NCBI GenBank assembly: GCA_965261085.1
Contig: OZ253442.1
Span: 704,001-768,000 of the forward strand
Length of the DNA: 64,000 nucleotides
Source of the DNA: a bacterium
Lineage (GTDB): Bacteria > UBA8248
Direction: 5' to 3'
Shown here: positions 10,745 to 19,514 of the stretch, piece by piece
How the letters are laid out: the number at the start of each line of letters is the position of its first letter
Position numbering within the stretch: the first letter of the stretch is position 1
The notes under the pieces: model-generated
Told to the model about the DNA's origin: nothing
Databases searched by the model: none
Seen by the model: the letters and a program-made list of their open reading frames with translations, nothing else
Made by a program: the position numbers and the translations under genes

Positions 10745-10828
10745 TTGACGATCCATGACTATTCCGATATTATTACCTGATAGGTAACAAAATAGAGTCG
10801 ATTTGTCGTTATCGCCTGAAAGATAACG
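10745..10828 (+). promoter_or_regulatory. Sigma-70 promoter and palindromic operators of higBA
   Basis: TTGACG-17-TATTAT (10745-10773), palindrome TTACCT-gat-AGGTAA (10773-10787) and CGTTATC-N8-GATAACG (10807-10828). Confidence 0.7.
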
Positions 10829-10830
10829 AA

Positions 10831-11166
10831 GTGGAAATTGCCTTCCGAACCCGAAAACTTGAAAAGACACTCAACTCGGAGAGTGAGCTCCAAAAGACGT
10901 ATGGCAAACCCATGGCGGAGAAGCTGATGTCGAGGCTGGCGGTCTTGAAACACGCCCGCACGTTGGCGGAAGTGCCATCGAGTCCGCCGGATCGGTGCCA
11001 TCCCCTGAAGGGCGAGCGTGAGGGACAATACGCCGTCGATCTCGCTCATCCCCGCAGGCTCGTCTTCGAGCTAAACCACGAACCGGTTCCCAGGAAGCAG
11101 GACGGCGGAATCGACCTGGATAAGGTCACTGCGATCATTATCGTTGACGTGGTCGACTATCATTGA
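10831..11166 (+). CDS. higB: HigB/RelE-family toxin
   Basis: KLEK..YG..AEKL..RL, CHPLKGEREGQYAVDL..RLVF; toxin-first order. Confidence 0.85.
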   Translation: MEIAFRTRKLEKTLNSESELQKTYGKPMAEKLMSRLAVLKHARTLAEVPSSPPDRCHPLKGEREGQYAVDLAHPRRLVFELNHEPVPRKQDGGIDLDKVTAIIIVDVVDYH

Positions 11167-11179
11167 GGAGGTGGAGAAC

Positions 11180-12277
11180 ATGACCGGACCAACCAATGCG
11201 TACCAACCAGACTACGCTGTTGCGCCCGGAGCGGTACTTGCGGAACGTCTCGAAGCGCATGACATGTCGTATGCGGACTTCGCCCGCCGATGTGGTCGTT
11301 CACCCAAGCTCATCAGCGAAATAGTCGCGGGAAAAGCCCCAGTGGAACCGAAAACGGCCCTTCAATTCGAAAAAGTTACAGGAGTCGCCGCCCATATCTG
11401 GCTTGGAATCGAAGCCGACTACCGGCTTCATAAGGCGCAAGAGGCTGAAATGAAACAAGTTGAAAAATCTACCTCGTGGGCGAAGTGTTTTCCCGTGAAC
11501 GCTCTAGTCAAGCGCGGGGTGATGGATAAACTGCCTTCGTCCGCCTCCAAGGTTTCGGGCCTGCTCTCCTTTTTCGGTGTCGCATCGGCCGAAGCTTGGA
11601 AGATCGAGTATGGGGCGGGGAGTGTCAGCTACAGGCATTCTCCGAGCTTCGAGAGCGACGAATACGCTCTGGCGACCTGGCGTAGGCTGAGCGAGTTTGA
11701 AGCCGAAAGGCAAACTTGCGCCGAATTTAATGCGACTAGATTCAAACAATCCCTTAAGGAAATCCGTGCGCTTACGCGCGAGCCGTTCGAGGAGGCGATA
11801 GGGAAGGCGAGCGAATGTTGCAACGAATCGGGCGTCGTACTGGCTTTGATTCCGTCTTTACCGAAAATTGCAATCAGCGGCGCCGCATGGTGGCTGTCGA
11901 GCCAAAAAGCAGTGATCGCCCTGAGCGCGCGACACAAGACGGACGATCATTTATGGTTCACCTTGTTCCACGAAGCCGCGCACATCCTGTTGCATGGCAA
12001 AAGAGAAGTCTTCGTCGATTCGGAGGGAAACAACGCCGAAGGGCATGAAGCCGAAGCGAACCGATGGGCTTCTGATTTCCTGATTCCGAGTGAGGATTGG
12101 GAGCGGTTCGTCGCGGATGGACCGAAAACCCTCCCGGCTGTTCGCCGATTCGCCGAGGAGCAGGGTATCGCCCCCGGTATTGTGGTCGGCAGGCTTCAGC
12201 ACGAACGCCATCTGCCTTGGAGGCACCGCATGAACAAGCTAAAAAACCGTCTGGAGTGGGTTGAAGTGAATGGCTGA
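11180..12277 (+). CDS. higA: HigA-type Xre antitoxin fused to ImmA/IrrE metallopeptidase domain
   Basis: N-terminal PG..L.E.LE..MS..FARR HTH; WFTLFHEAAH (HExxH); E.EANRWASDFLIP. Confidence 0.88.
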   Translation: MTGPTNAYQPDYAVAPGAVLAERLEAHDMSYADFARRCGRSPKLISEIVAGKAPVEPKTALQFEKVTGVAAHIWLGIEADYRLHKAQEAEMKQVEKSTSWAKCFPVNALVKRGVMDKLPSSASKVSGLLSFFGVASAEAWKIEYGAGSVSYRHSPSFESDEYALATWRRLSEFEAERQTCAEFNATRFKQSLKEIRALTREPFEEAIGKASECCNESGVVLALIPSLPKIAISGAAWWLSSQKAVIALSARHKTDDHLWFTLFHEAAHILLHGKREVFVDSEGNNAEGHEAEANRWASDFLIPSEDWERFVADGPKTLPAVRRFAEEQGIAPGIVVGRLQHERHLPWRHRMNKLKNRLEWVEVNG

Positions 12278-12328
12278 CCGGGAATGAAGATGGGCGCGAA
12301 CGAGATCCAGATTCTTTGGAATATCAGG

Positions 12329-12385
12329 CTGGTCGATCCGGATTTGGGAAGACGGCTGTGTGAAGAATGGGAGGAGGTTTCGTGA
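12329..12385 (+). pseudogene. Diverged duplicate of the last 57 bp of rqcH
   Basis: Encodes LVDPDLGRRLCEEWEEVS* versus LVDPDMGRRLCAEWEEVS* at 10504-10560. Confidence 0.85.
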
Positions 12386-12446
12386 GTGGGGGAGAAGATA
12401 CTATGTTGTCCGCCCTTACGGAACTTTCACTTCCTCTCCGAGATTG

Positions 12447-12526
12447 CCGTCATTCCGGCGAATGCCGGAATCCAGAACCGACGCATTTCTCACCCGTCTA
12501 GATTCCGGCATTCGCCGGAATGACGG
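12447..12526. repeat. REP-like inverted repeat pair (GTCATTCCGGC type)
   Basis: CCGTCATTCCGGCGAATGCCGGAATCCAG ... CTAGATTCCGGCATTCGCCGGAATGACGG, near-perfect 29-bp inverted repeat of self-palindromic units. Confidence 0.8.
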
Positions 12527-12540
12527 TCAAAAGCAAAGCC

Positions 12541-12566
12541 GGGCGGACATGTGGATCCGCCCCTAC
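12541..12566 (-). repeat. GTAG-family REP
   Basis: Minus strand reads GTAGGGGCGGATCCACATGTCCGCCC: GTAG foot plus GGGCGGA/TCCGCCC hairpin. Confidence 0.6.
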
Positions 12567-12581
12567 GAATTAGGTACCCCC

Positions 12582-13004
12582 CTACCCGCTTCCCTCCAGA
12601 ATTCTCTTCAAATTCGCGAGTTCGCGGATGTTTCTGAGCGTGCCGTCGCGGTGTTTGGCCTGGTTTTCATATTCGTCGCACTCGACCGTGTGGAGAACGT
12701 GGGTGTAGGGGCCTTCTTCCTCGAAGTAGTAGCTGATGATCATGACGGGCGTTTTCTCAGCGCCCTCGAAGTTGTGCCAGACGATTTTTCGGTTCGGCTC
12801 CCATACCATGATTTCCGAGGCGTGCTCGGCCCCGCTCGTGTAGACCTGGTGAAAGCGCATCCCCACCCCTGTTTTTTGCTCGGATATAATCTTTATGCTT
12901 TGGCTGAAATCCGCGATTTTGGGATGCGTTTCCACGTGGCCGATGAAGTGGAACACTTTTTCTGCGGGGGCGCGTATTTTTTCGATGACCGCTACGGGAG
13001 GCAT
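12582..13004 (-). CDS. SRPBCC (START-like) family protein
   Basis: IRAPAEKVF, GVGMRF, WEPNRKIVW, LANLKRILE. Confidence 0.8.
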   Translation of the reverse strand: MPPVAVIEKIRAPAEKVFHFIGHVETHPKIADFSQSIKIISEQKTGVGMRFHQVYTSGAEHASEIMVWEPNRKIVWHNFEGAEKTPVMIISYYFEEEGPYTHVLHTVECDEYENQAKHRDGTLRNIRELANLKRILEGSG

Positions 13005-13015
13005 GAGGCTCTCCT

Positions 13016-14179
13016 TTACAAGAATTTCGCCAACACGCGGTTGGCCAGAAGCGTTCCCTTTTCCGACAAGAGAAGGTGGCCGTTTTTTCTCGCCACCAGG
13101 CCTGAGTTCTCCAACTCTTCAAATAATTCCCCGAACGAATCTTCGGGGTCTGCGCCGCATTCTTGCGCGATTCGCTTTAGCGAGACGCCCTCTTTCATGC
13201 GGAGTCCGAGCATCAGGGACTCGCCGATCGCTTTTTGCGGTTCATCCACACGCTCGGCGCCGGCGGTGGGGTCGCTCGCGTTCTGCGCGTAGACATCGGG
13301 TCTGGCGTGGTTCCACAAGCGCTTCCCGTCCAGGAGGGAATGCGCGCCTGCGCCTAAGCCGAGATAGTCTCCCCGCCGCCAGTAATTCAGGTTGTGCTTA
13401 CACGCGAAGCCGGGTCTTGCGAAATTGCTGATCTCATAACGCTCATAGCCGGCGGCGGCCAGGGCGGAATCCCTGAGCTCCCACATACGAAGCGCCGTCT
13501 CCTCATCAGGCAGGCCGCTCAACTCCCCGCGCGCCTGGCGCGCGTGAAAGGCCGTGCCCGGCTCTATGGTCAACTCATAGGCGGAGAGGTGCTCGGGCCC
13601 TAAATCGAGGGCGCATTCGACGTCTTGTGCGGCTGCCTCTATCGTCTGATACGGGATGCCGAACATGAGATCCAGCGAGACGTTGGAAAAACCCGCCTCG
13701 CGGACGGATTGAAATGCTTTTTGCGCGTCATCGCCCGTGTGCACCCGGTCGAGTCTTTTGAGCGCTTCGTCGTCGAACGTCTGGACGCCGATGCTGATCC
13801 GGTTGATGCCCGCCTCGCGCAGTGCGGCGAAGCGCTCGGCTTCCGCCGCCCCGGGGTTCGCCTCCAGCGTGATTTCGCAATCAGGATCCAGGTCGAACAA
13901 CGCGGTGACGAGGTGCAGAACGCGCTTCGTTTCTTCAGGTGGAAACAGCGAGGGTGTGCCCCCGCCGAAAAATATCGTCTCTATCCTCCGGCCTTCCAGG
14001 GAGAACTCCTCGATGCGGCTTTTCACCTCCTCCATCAGCGCATCCGCATAGCGGCGCGCCCAGTCCTCACTCGCGTGGCCTTTTTCCAGCAGGGTATCGA
14101 GGGCGTAGGAGTTGAAATCGCAATACCCGCATTTGGCGATGCAAAAAGGAATGTGGATGTAAAGTGATAGTGGTTTCAT
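13016..14179 (-). CDS. hemW: Radical SAM heme chaperone
   Basis: LYIHIPFCIAKCGYCDF, FFGGGTPS, TLEANP, YEISNFA, HNLNYW. Confidence 0.93.
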   Translation of the reverse strand: MKPLSLYIHIPFCIAKCGYCDFNSYALDTLLEKGHASEDWARRYADALMEEVKSRIEEFSLEGRRIETIFFGGGTPSLFPPEETKRVLHLVTALFDLDPDCEITLEANPGAAEAERFAALREAGINRISIGVQTFDDEALKRLDRVHTGDDAQKAFQSVREAGFSNVSLDLMFGIPYQTIEAAAQDVECALDLGPEHLSAYELTIEPGTAFHARQARGELSGLPDEETALRMWELRDSALAAAGYERYEISNFARPGFACKHNLNYWRRGDYLGLGAGAHSLLDGKRLWNHARPDVYAQNASDPTAGAERVDEPQKAIGESLMLGLRMKEGVSLKRIAQECGADPEDSFGELFEELENSGLVARKNGHLLLSEKGTLLANRVLAKFL

Positions 14180-14274
14180 GGCATGATCTTTTTGTCGGTA
14201 AAATTATGAATCCCAAACCCTTTTTTGTATGATAGCCTTCCTTCCAATCATTTTATAAGCCAGGGGGAGCAGAG

Positions 14275-15837
14275 TTGGTCGTTCATACACTATCCACCGA
14301 GGAGAGACTGCGCGTCATCCAGCGGGTGGGCCATGTGCTGAATTCGAGCCTGGACCTGGAGGTTGTCCTGAGCCGCGTGGCGCACGAAGCGAAGGCGATA
14401 TTCCCGCTGGAGCATTTCGTGCTCTATCTCGTCAACCCGGACAGGAAGACCTACACCATCCGGGCGCTCGTATCGAGTGACGAGATAATCGAAGCGCCTC
14501 GTGAAAACATACCGCTCGAGGGCGGCACGCTGGGTTGGCTCATCGAGCACCGTGAAGCACCCTACGTCATCTACAGGGATTTGGACAGGGAGCGTCCTTT
14601 CGCCGAGGATGAAGGCGTTTTCCGGCGCGGACTCAGGAGCGGGATTCGCGCGCCGCTGGTCATCGGCGATGACGTTTTCGGGGAAGTCGCCGTGGCCAGC
14701 AGTTTGCCCGACCAGTTCACCGAGGAGATGGCCGAGTTTCTCTGTGAACTCACGCCGGCCATCTCCACGGCCGTGGCGAACGCGCGGACGTACACCCAAC
14801 TCGAAGAGGTAAAGAATGGTTTTCATCAGGAGACGCTTCATCTGCGGGATCAGATAAAGGAGATTCACAATCCGGATGAACTCACCGGCTCGAGCCGGGC
14901 GGTGGAGGAAGTCAGGGAATTGATCGCCCAGGTCGCGCCCACCGACGCCACGGTGCTCATTCTGGGCGAGACGGGAACGGGCAAGGAGTTGGTCGCGCGC
15001 GGCATCCACCATATGAGCGCGCGGAGAGACCGCGTGCTGGTGAAGGTGAACTGCGCGGCTTTGCAGGAGACGCTGCTCTTGAGCGAATTGTTCGGCTATG
15101 AGAAGGGTGCGTTCACCGGAGCCGTGGGCAGAAAACAGGGCCGCTTCGAGATTGCGGACAAGGGCACGATTTTTCTCGATGAAATCGGGGAAATCTCCCC
15201 CGAGGCGCAGGTGAAGATTCTCAGAGTCATGCAGGAGCGGGAGTTTGAGCGGGTCGGCGGCAACCAGACGCTGAAAGTGGACGTGAGAATCATCGCCGCC
15301 ACGAACAGGGATTTGGAGGAAGAAGTCCGCCGGGGCCGGTTTCGCGACGATCTCTACTTTCGCCTGAACGTGATACCCATCGAAACGCCTCCGCTCAGGG
15401 ATCGCAAGGAGGATATCCCCGAACTGGTCGATTATTTCGTGAGAAAACACGGACCCCGCATGAACCGGCGCATCGAATCCGTCGACCCCCGCGACCTGGA
15501 GCGGCTCATGCGATACGACTGGCCCGGAAACATCCGCGAACTCGAAAACGTGGTGGAGCGCGGGCTCGTTCTGGGGCGAGGCAGGGTTCTCCGGTTCGAC
15601 AGGCAGCTTCTGGGCGAGGCTCCCCCATCGGCGAGAGAGAGCGAGTTCACGTCGCTCGAGGAGTACGAAAGACGCTATATTCTGCGGGTGCTGGAGCATG
15701 CGGGAGGCCGGGTTTCCGGAGAGAGGGGGGCCGCCCGCATATTGGGAATGAAGCCCACGACGCTTCAGAGCCGGATGAAGAAGCTGGGCATCGAACCCCG
15801 CCGCGAGTTCAGGAGAGCGAACGGCAAGGCGGAATGA
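14275..15837 (+). CDS. GAF-domain sigma-54-dependent activator (FhlA-like)
   Basis: N-terminal GAF, GETGTGKE, ELFGYEKGAFTGA, FLDEIG, WPGNIRELEN, C-terminal HTH. Confidence 0.93.
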   Translation: MVVHTLSTEERLRVIQRVGHVLNSSLDLEVVLSRVAHEAKAIFPLEHFVLYLVNPDRKTYTIRALVSSDEIIEAPRENIPLEGGTLGWLIEHREAPYVIYRDLDRERPFAEDEGVFRRGLRSGIRAPLVIGDDVFGEVAVASSLPDQFTEEMAEFLCELTPAISTAVANARTYTQLEEVKNGFHQETLHLRDQIKEIHNPDELTGSSRAVEEVRELIAQVAPTDATVLILGETGTGKELVARGIHHMSARRDRVLVKVNCAALQETLLLSELFGYEKGAFTGAVGRKQGRFEIADKGTIFLDEIGEISPEAQVKILRVMQEREFERVGGNQTLKVDVRIIAATNRDLEEEVRRGRFRDDLYFRLNVIPIETPPLRDRKEDIPELVDYFVRKHGPRMNRRIESVDPRDLERLMRYDWPGNIRELENVVERGLVLGRGRVLRFDRQLLGEAPPSARESEFTSLEEYERRYILRVLEHAGGRVSGERGAARILGMKPTTLQSRMKKLGIEPRREFRRANGKAE

Positions 15838-15874
15838 ATCATTACTTAAGACATGAGGTGTGAGGAGAGATTTG

Positions 15875-16606
15875 ATGGATAGGGCAATTTGGGCGACGTG
15901 GTACGACCTGCCGGACGAGGGGGCGAAAGAGTACATCGCATGGCTTCACGACGTGCATCTGCCGGAAATGCTGGAGCGATCCGGCTACCTGTGGGCGGCG
16001 CACGTGGACAACGACAAGAGCGAGGAGCGCAAACAGAACGTGAACAGGCGCCTCACGCATACGGACGACCCCTCCGTGCCGGACGGCAACGGGTATCTGA
16101 TGCTTTTCGGGGCGGAGAGCGTACACACGTTCCTGAACCCCTCTCCTGCGCAGTTGGCTGAAAAGTGGGGGCCGGATGAGCGCGAGATGCTGGGGATGCG
16201 CTTAGGCGTCCGCGAGTGCGTTTTCGTGGAGACGGGGCGCATCGACGGCCCCGAGATTGCGCAGCGCGCGCCGGGCATCACGCCGGGTCCGAGAATCCAG
16301 ATGGGAAGCTTCAACAGCAATGCGCTCGCCAACGAGGAGGGAATGGGCGCGTGGTACGTGCAGCTTCGCTTTCCCCGGATGCGGACGCTCGAGGGTTGCG
16401 TGGGCATGCGGAAGCTGGTTTCGGTGTGCGGATGGGCGAAACACGCCGTGCTCTATGAGTTCGACCTGAACACGTCGGTCGAGCATTATTTTCAAAAAGA
16501 ACTGGAGAGTGAGGACTGGTCGCGCGAGATGGTGGGCAGTCTCGTTCATGCGCCCGGATCCCCAAGCACGGGGAGGCGCATCTGGCCGCCGGTGGCGGGT
16601 TCCTGA
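15875..16606 (+). CDS. Hypothetical protein, possibly two EthD/DUF4286-like ferredoxin-fold domains
   Basis: GAGGAG RBS; EYIAWLHDVHLPE and GAWYVQLRFP half-repeats; followed by terminator. Confidence 0.65.
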   Translation: MDRAIWATWYDLPDEGAKEYIAWLHDVHLPEMLERSGYLWAAHVDNDKSEERKQNVNRRLTHTDDPSVPDGNGYLMLFGAESVHTFLNPSPAQLAEKWGPDEREMLGMRLGVRECVFVETGRIDGPEIAQRAPGITPGPRIQMGSFNSNALANEEGMGAWYVQLRFPRMRTLEGCVGMRKLVSVCGWAKHAVLYEFDLNTSVEHYFQKELESEDWSREMVGSLVHAPGSPSTGRRIWPPVAGS

Positions 16607-16618
16607 GAGTTTATAGAG

Positions 16619-16657
16619 AAACCGCCGGGGCCTCGCGCGAGGCCCCGGCGGTTTTTG
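16619..16657 (+). terminator. Intrinsic terminator
   Basis: AAACCGCCGGGGCCTCG-cg-CGAGGCCCCGGCGGTTT hairpin followed by T-rich tract. Confidence 0.85.
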
Positions 16658-16709
16658 TTGGAGAGGCTTATTTTTTCTTCGAGGCACGTGATTTTATGAG
16701 GAGAGGGAT

Positions 16710-17147
16710 ATGTTCGAGACCACGCGCGGCGGTGTGGATATAGGGCTTTCGACGAGAAACTTACGTAAGATGAAAAAATTCTACACCGAGGCGCTCGGCT
16801 TGGAAGAGGCGGCGACTATCGAGGTGCCGGGTGATTTCGTGCGCGCGGCGGGTTTCGCGCGAGACGGCGTGAAGCTGCACGCCTTGAAATCGGGAGATAT
16901 CCTGATCAAGCTGCTCGAATTCACGGAAACACCCGCCGCAAGCGATGGGCCGGCGGATTCGGCGGGCGGGTTTCGCTACCTCACCTTCTGGGTGAAGGAC
17001 ATGGAGGCGGCCGTGGCGCATCTACGCGATGCGGGCGTGGAGCTGCTCTCCGGCATTTTGTCCCGCGTGCCCGAGAGAAAAACGATTTTTTTCAAAGACC
17101 CCGACGGCAATCTGCTCGAACTCAACTGGGTGGACCCGGCGGTTTGA
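16710..17147 (+). CDS. VOC family protein
   Basis: FYTEALGL, GFRYLTFWV, FFKDPDGNLLEL. Confidence 0.88.
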   Translation: MFETTRGGVDIGLSTRNLRKMKKFYTEALGLEEAATIEVPGDFVRAAGFARDGVKLHALKSGDILIKLLEFTETPAASDGPADSAGGFRYLTFWVKDMEAAVAHLRDAGVELLSGILSRVPERKTIFFKDPDGNLLELNWVDPAV

Positions 17148-17200
17148 GGGAAACGAAACGCAGGTATTTTCAATCAACACTCAACAGGAGATGAGAAAAA

Positions 17201-17584
17201 ATGAAGCTGACGTTCGATCATATTCATTGCGTTCACACCGACGTGGACGAGGCGGTTGCCTTCTACATGAACGTGCTGGGAGCGACCGAGACGAACCGCA
17301 TCGACAGGGGCGGCGCGCCGCAGGTCTATCTCGACGTTCACGGGGCGAGCATCATCATTCGTGGCAAGCGCGACGGCGAGGAACTCGCGGCGGGGCCGGG
17401 CGGCTGGCCGCGCTACAGCATCGATCACTATGCGTATTGCGTGGAGGGCAAACTCGGTGATGCGGTCGCCGAGGTCCGCGCTCGTGGCGGAAACGTCGTG
17501 GCCGAAGGCGAGGCGGATGAGCTCTATTTCGCCTACGTGGAAGGGCCCGACGGCGTCGTCATCGAGATGATGGAGATGAAGTAA
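17201..17584 (+). CDS. VOC family protein
   Basis: FDHIH, FYMNVLG, IDHYA, EGPDGVVIE. Confidence 0.88.
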   Translation: MKLTFDHIHCVHTDVDEAVAFYMNVLGATETNRIDRGGAPQVYLDVHGASIIIRGKRDGEELAAGPGGWPRYSIDHYAYCVEGKLGDAVAEVRARGGNVVAEGEADELYFAYVEGPDGVVIEMMEMK

Positions 17585-17633
17585 GTAGATTTAAGGCCGC
17601 GCCCTGTGTTTACGGACGACCGGGGGAGCTGAG

Positions 17634-18290
17634 GTGTTTCAGAAAATCTTTTTTGCGGCTGTCGTCTCGGGCGTAATGGCGGGGCTTTTCGCCACCGCCG
17701 TCCAGTCGATTCGCGTCATCCCCCAGATTTATGAGGCGGAAAAATACGAGAAGCGAGAACCCGTCCCTCACCCCCAAACCCATGAAGACCATGCGGATGA
17801 GGGGGATGGCCTCTCGCGCTTCGCGCTCACGCTCGTCTCGAACGTCGTCTCGGCGATTGGTTTCGCGCTTTTGCTCGTCGGTTGTTTCGCCCTTTACGGG
17901 GAGGTGGACTGGTGGCGGGGAATCCTCTGGGGGGTGGGCGGATTCATCGTTTTTTCTCTCGCGCCCGCGGTGGGGTTGCCGCCCGAACTCCCCGGAGCCT
18001 CGACGGCCCCCCTGCCGCACAGGCAGCTTTGGTGGATTCTCACCGTGGCGGCCACGGGCTCAGGGCTTGGTCTGCTGGCCTTCAAGCCGGGGACGGTTTT
18101 CAAGGCGCTGGGAGTCGCCCTCATCATTTTGCCGCAAGCCATCGGCGCCCCGCACCCTGAGGCGCATGGCGGCTCGTCTCCCCAGGCGCTCATGGGGAGT
18201 TTCATCCTCACGGCGCTCGCCGCCTCGGCGGCTTTCTGGGTCGTTCTGGGTCTTTGCGCCGGGTATTTTTATGGCCGCCTGAGCAGGTAG
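17634..18290 (+). CDS. cbtA: Cobalt transporter subunit CbtA
   Basis: P.I..AE.YE, His-rich loop, APAVGLPPELPG, RQLWW, IGAP. Confidence 0.88.
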   Translation: MFQKIFFAAVVSGVMAGLFATAVQSIRVIPQIYEAEKYEKREPVPHPQTHEDHADEGDGLSRFALTLVSNVVSAIGFALLLVGCFALYGEVDWWRGILWGVGGFIVFSLAPAVGLPPELPGASTAPLPHRQLWWILTVAATGSGLGLLAFKPGTVFKALGVALIILPQAIGAPHPEAHGGSSPQALMGSFILTALAASAAFWVVLGLCAGYFYGRLSR

Positions 18291-18540
18291 CAAACGGCTT
18301 TCGGGACTGTAGGGGATTGATGCTCTAAACTTCAGCTAGATAGCTTCGGTAGTCTCGTTTTTCAACTCCCGCTACAATCTCCATCCTCGTCGTTTCCGAC
18401 AAAAATCAAGCCGGAAGAAATATTGAATAATCGTAGAATTACGTATTATCGTGTGACATGCGCCTTTTTTCACCTCCTCTCTTCCGACGTATGATTTTAT
18501 AAACCCTTGTAAATATAATGGTTCATGGTATTCGTCAGTT

Positions 18541-18557
18541 TTGGCACGGATATTGCC
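18541..18557 (+). promoter_or_regulatory. Sigma-54 (-24/-12) promoter
   Basis: TTGGCAC-GGATA-TTGC matches TGGCAC-N5-TTGC, 60 nt upstream of the 18617 ORF. Confidence 0.82.
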
Positions 18558-18616
18558 TATTTATATAGGCAATGTTGTTTCCTGATTGTCGCAGCATGAG
18601 GGAAAGGAGGCGCGAG

Positions 18617-18817
18617 ATGGAATTTATCAAGGTGTACGCGATGACGGCTATCCCTGTGTTTTTCGCTTTCGCCGCGATCTGGTGGTTCATGACCATCAGC
18701 ATCATCCATCATCCTCCGGCGAAGGCCGCACGCGCGAACGACGCCAGAGTGGACCTGGTCGAATCGAAATTGCTGGAAGCCATTGCCCCACCGGAGGAAT
18801 GGCGCAAAGCCGCCTAG
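18617..18817 (+). CDS. Small single-TM hypothetical protein
   Basis: AAGGAGG RBS; 66 aa with one hydrophobic helix; downstream of sigma-54 promoter. Confidence 0.7.
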   Translation: MEFIKVYAMTAIPVFFAFAAIWWFMTISIIHHPPAKAARANDARVDLVESKLLEAIAPPEEWRKAA

Positions 18818-18854
18818 AAACGTAGCTTACGAGTTCAGGAAACGGAGAGAAACA

Positions 18855-19331
18855 ATGTATGAGCGAATACTGATACCGCTGGATGGCTCGCAAGATGCGG
18901 AAGCCGCCGTGCATGAGGTGGTTCACCTCTCGGCGAACCCGACGATCGTTCATCTGCAATTGGTGGAAAGCGGCGTCATGCAGTCGAGGCAACTGGAAGG
19001 CTACACGCTGTACGCCGATCAGATTCAGGAAGCGCGAACGCGCTCGGGCGAAGCGTATGTACAGCCCTTGCGGCAAAAACTCGAAGACAGGGGCCTGCGT
19101 GTGGAGGTTTCCATCACCAACGGCGCTCCACTGCATGAGGTGATAGAGGCGGCGGAGAAATTCGACGCCGATCTCATTCTCATCGGCGCCGGGGAAGAAG
19201 GATGGCTGGGACGCCGCTATGGATTGGCGCGTCTCGCCCCGCGTCTTGTGAAAAGACTGAACGCCCATGTTCTGCTGGTTCAGAGGCAGGAACGGGTGCA
19301 ACCGAAAGAGGCTCTCCAGAGAGCCGCATAG
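18855..19331 (+). CDS. Universal stress protein
   Basis: MYERILIPLDGS, G.P...I.AA...ADLILIG. Confidence 0.88.
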   Translation: MYERILIPLDGSQDAEAAVHEVVHLSANPTIVHLQLVESGVMQSRQLEGYTLYADQIQEARTRSGEAYVQPLRQKLEDRGLRVEVSITNGAPLHEVIEAAEKFDADLILIGAGEEGWLGRRYGLARLAPRLVKRLNAHVLLVQRQERVQPKEALQRAA

Positions 19332-19514
19332 AAATTCCTGCCGTGGCCCAACCATTGGGCCGCGCCCCCACATACCTCCCCCCTGGTGGCCCACGCCATC
19401 CGGCAACGGGCCACCGGGAGGGGAATCCTCACTTTCCATCTTTAGAGTCGTTCCGAAGACATCGACCGGATGCTAGAATCTCGCCTCATCCATGATTCGC
19501 GTAAGGAGTGAGGA

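Noticed and set aside
12360-13292. 310-aa plus-strand ORF
   Set aside because: Runs through REP elements and antisense to SRPBCC and hemW
14290-15936. Long antisense ORFs here and at 5999-7318, 33647-34765, 45848-47164
   Set aside because: Shadow frames of well-supported genes in GC-rich DNA
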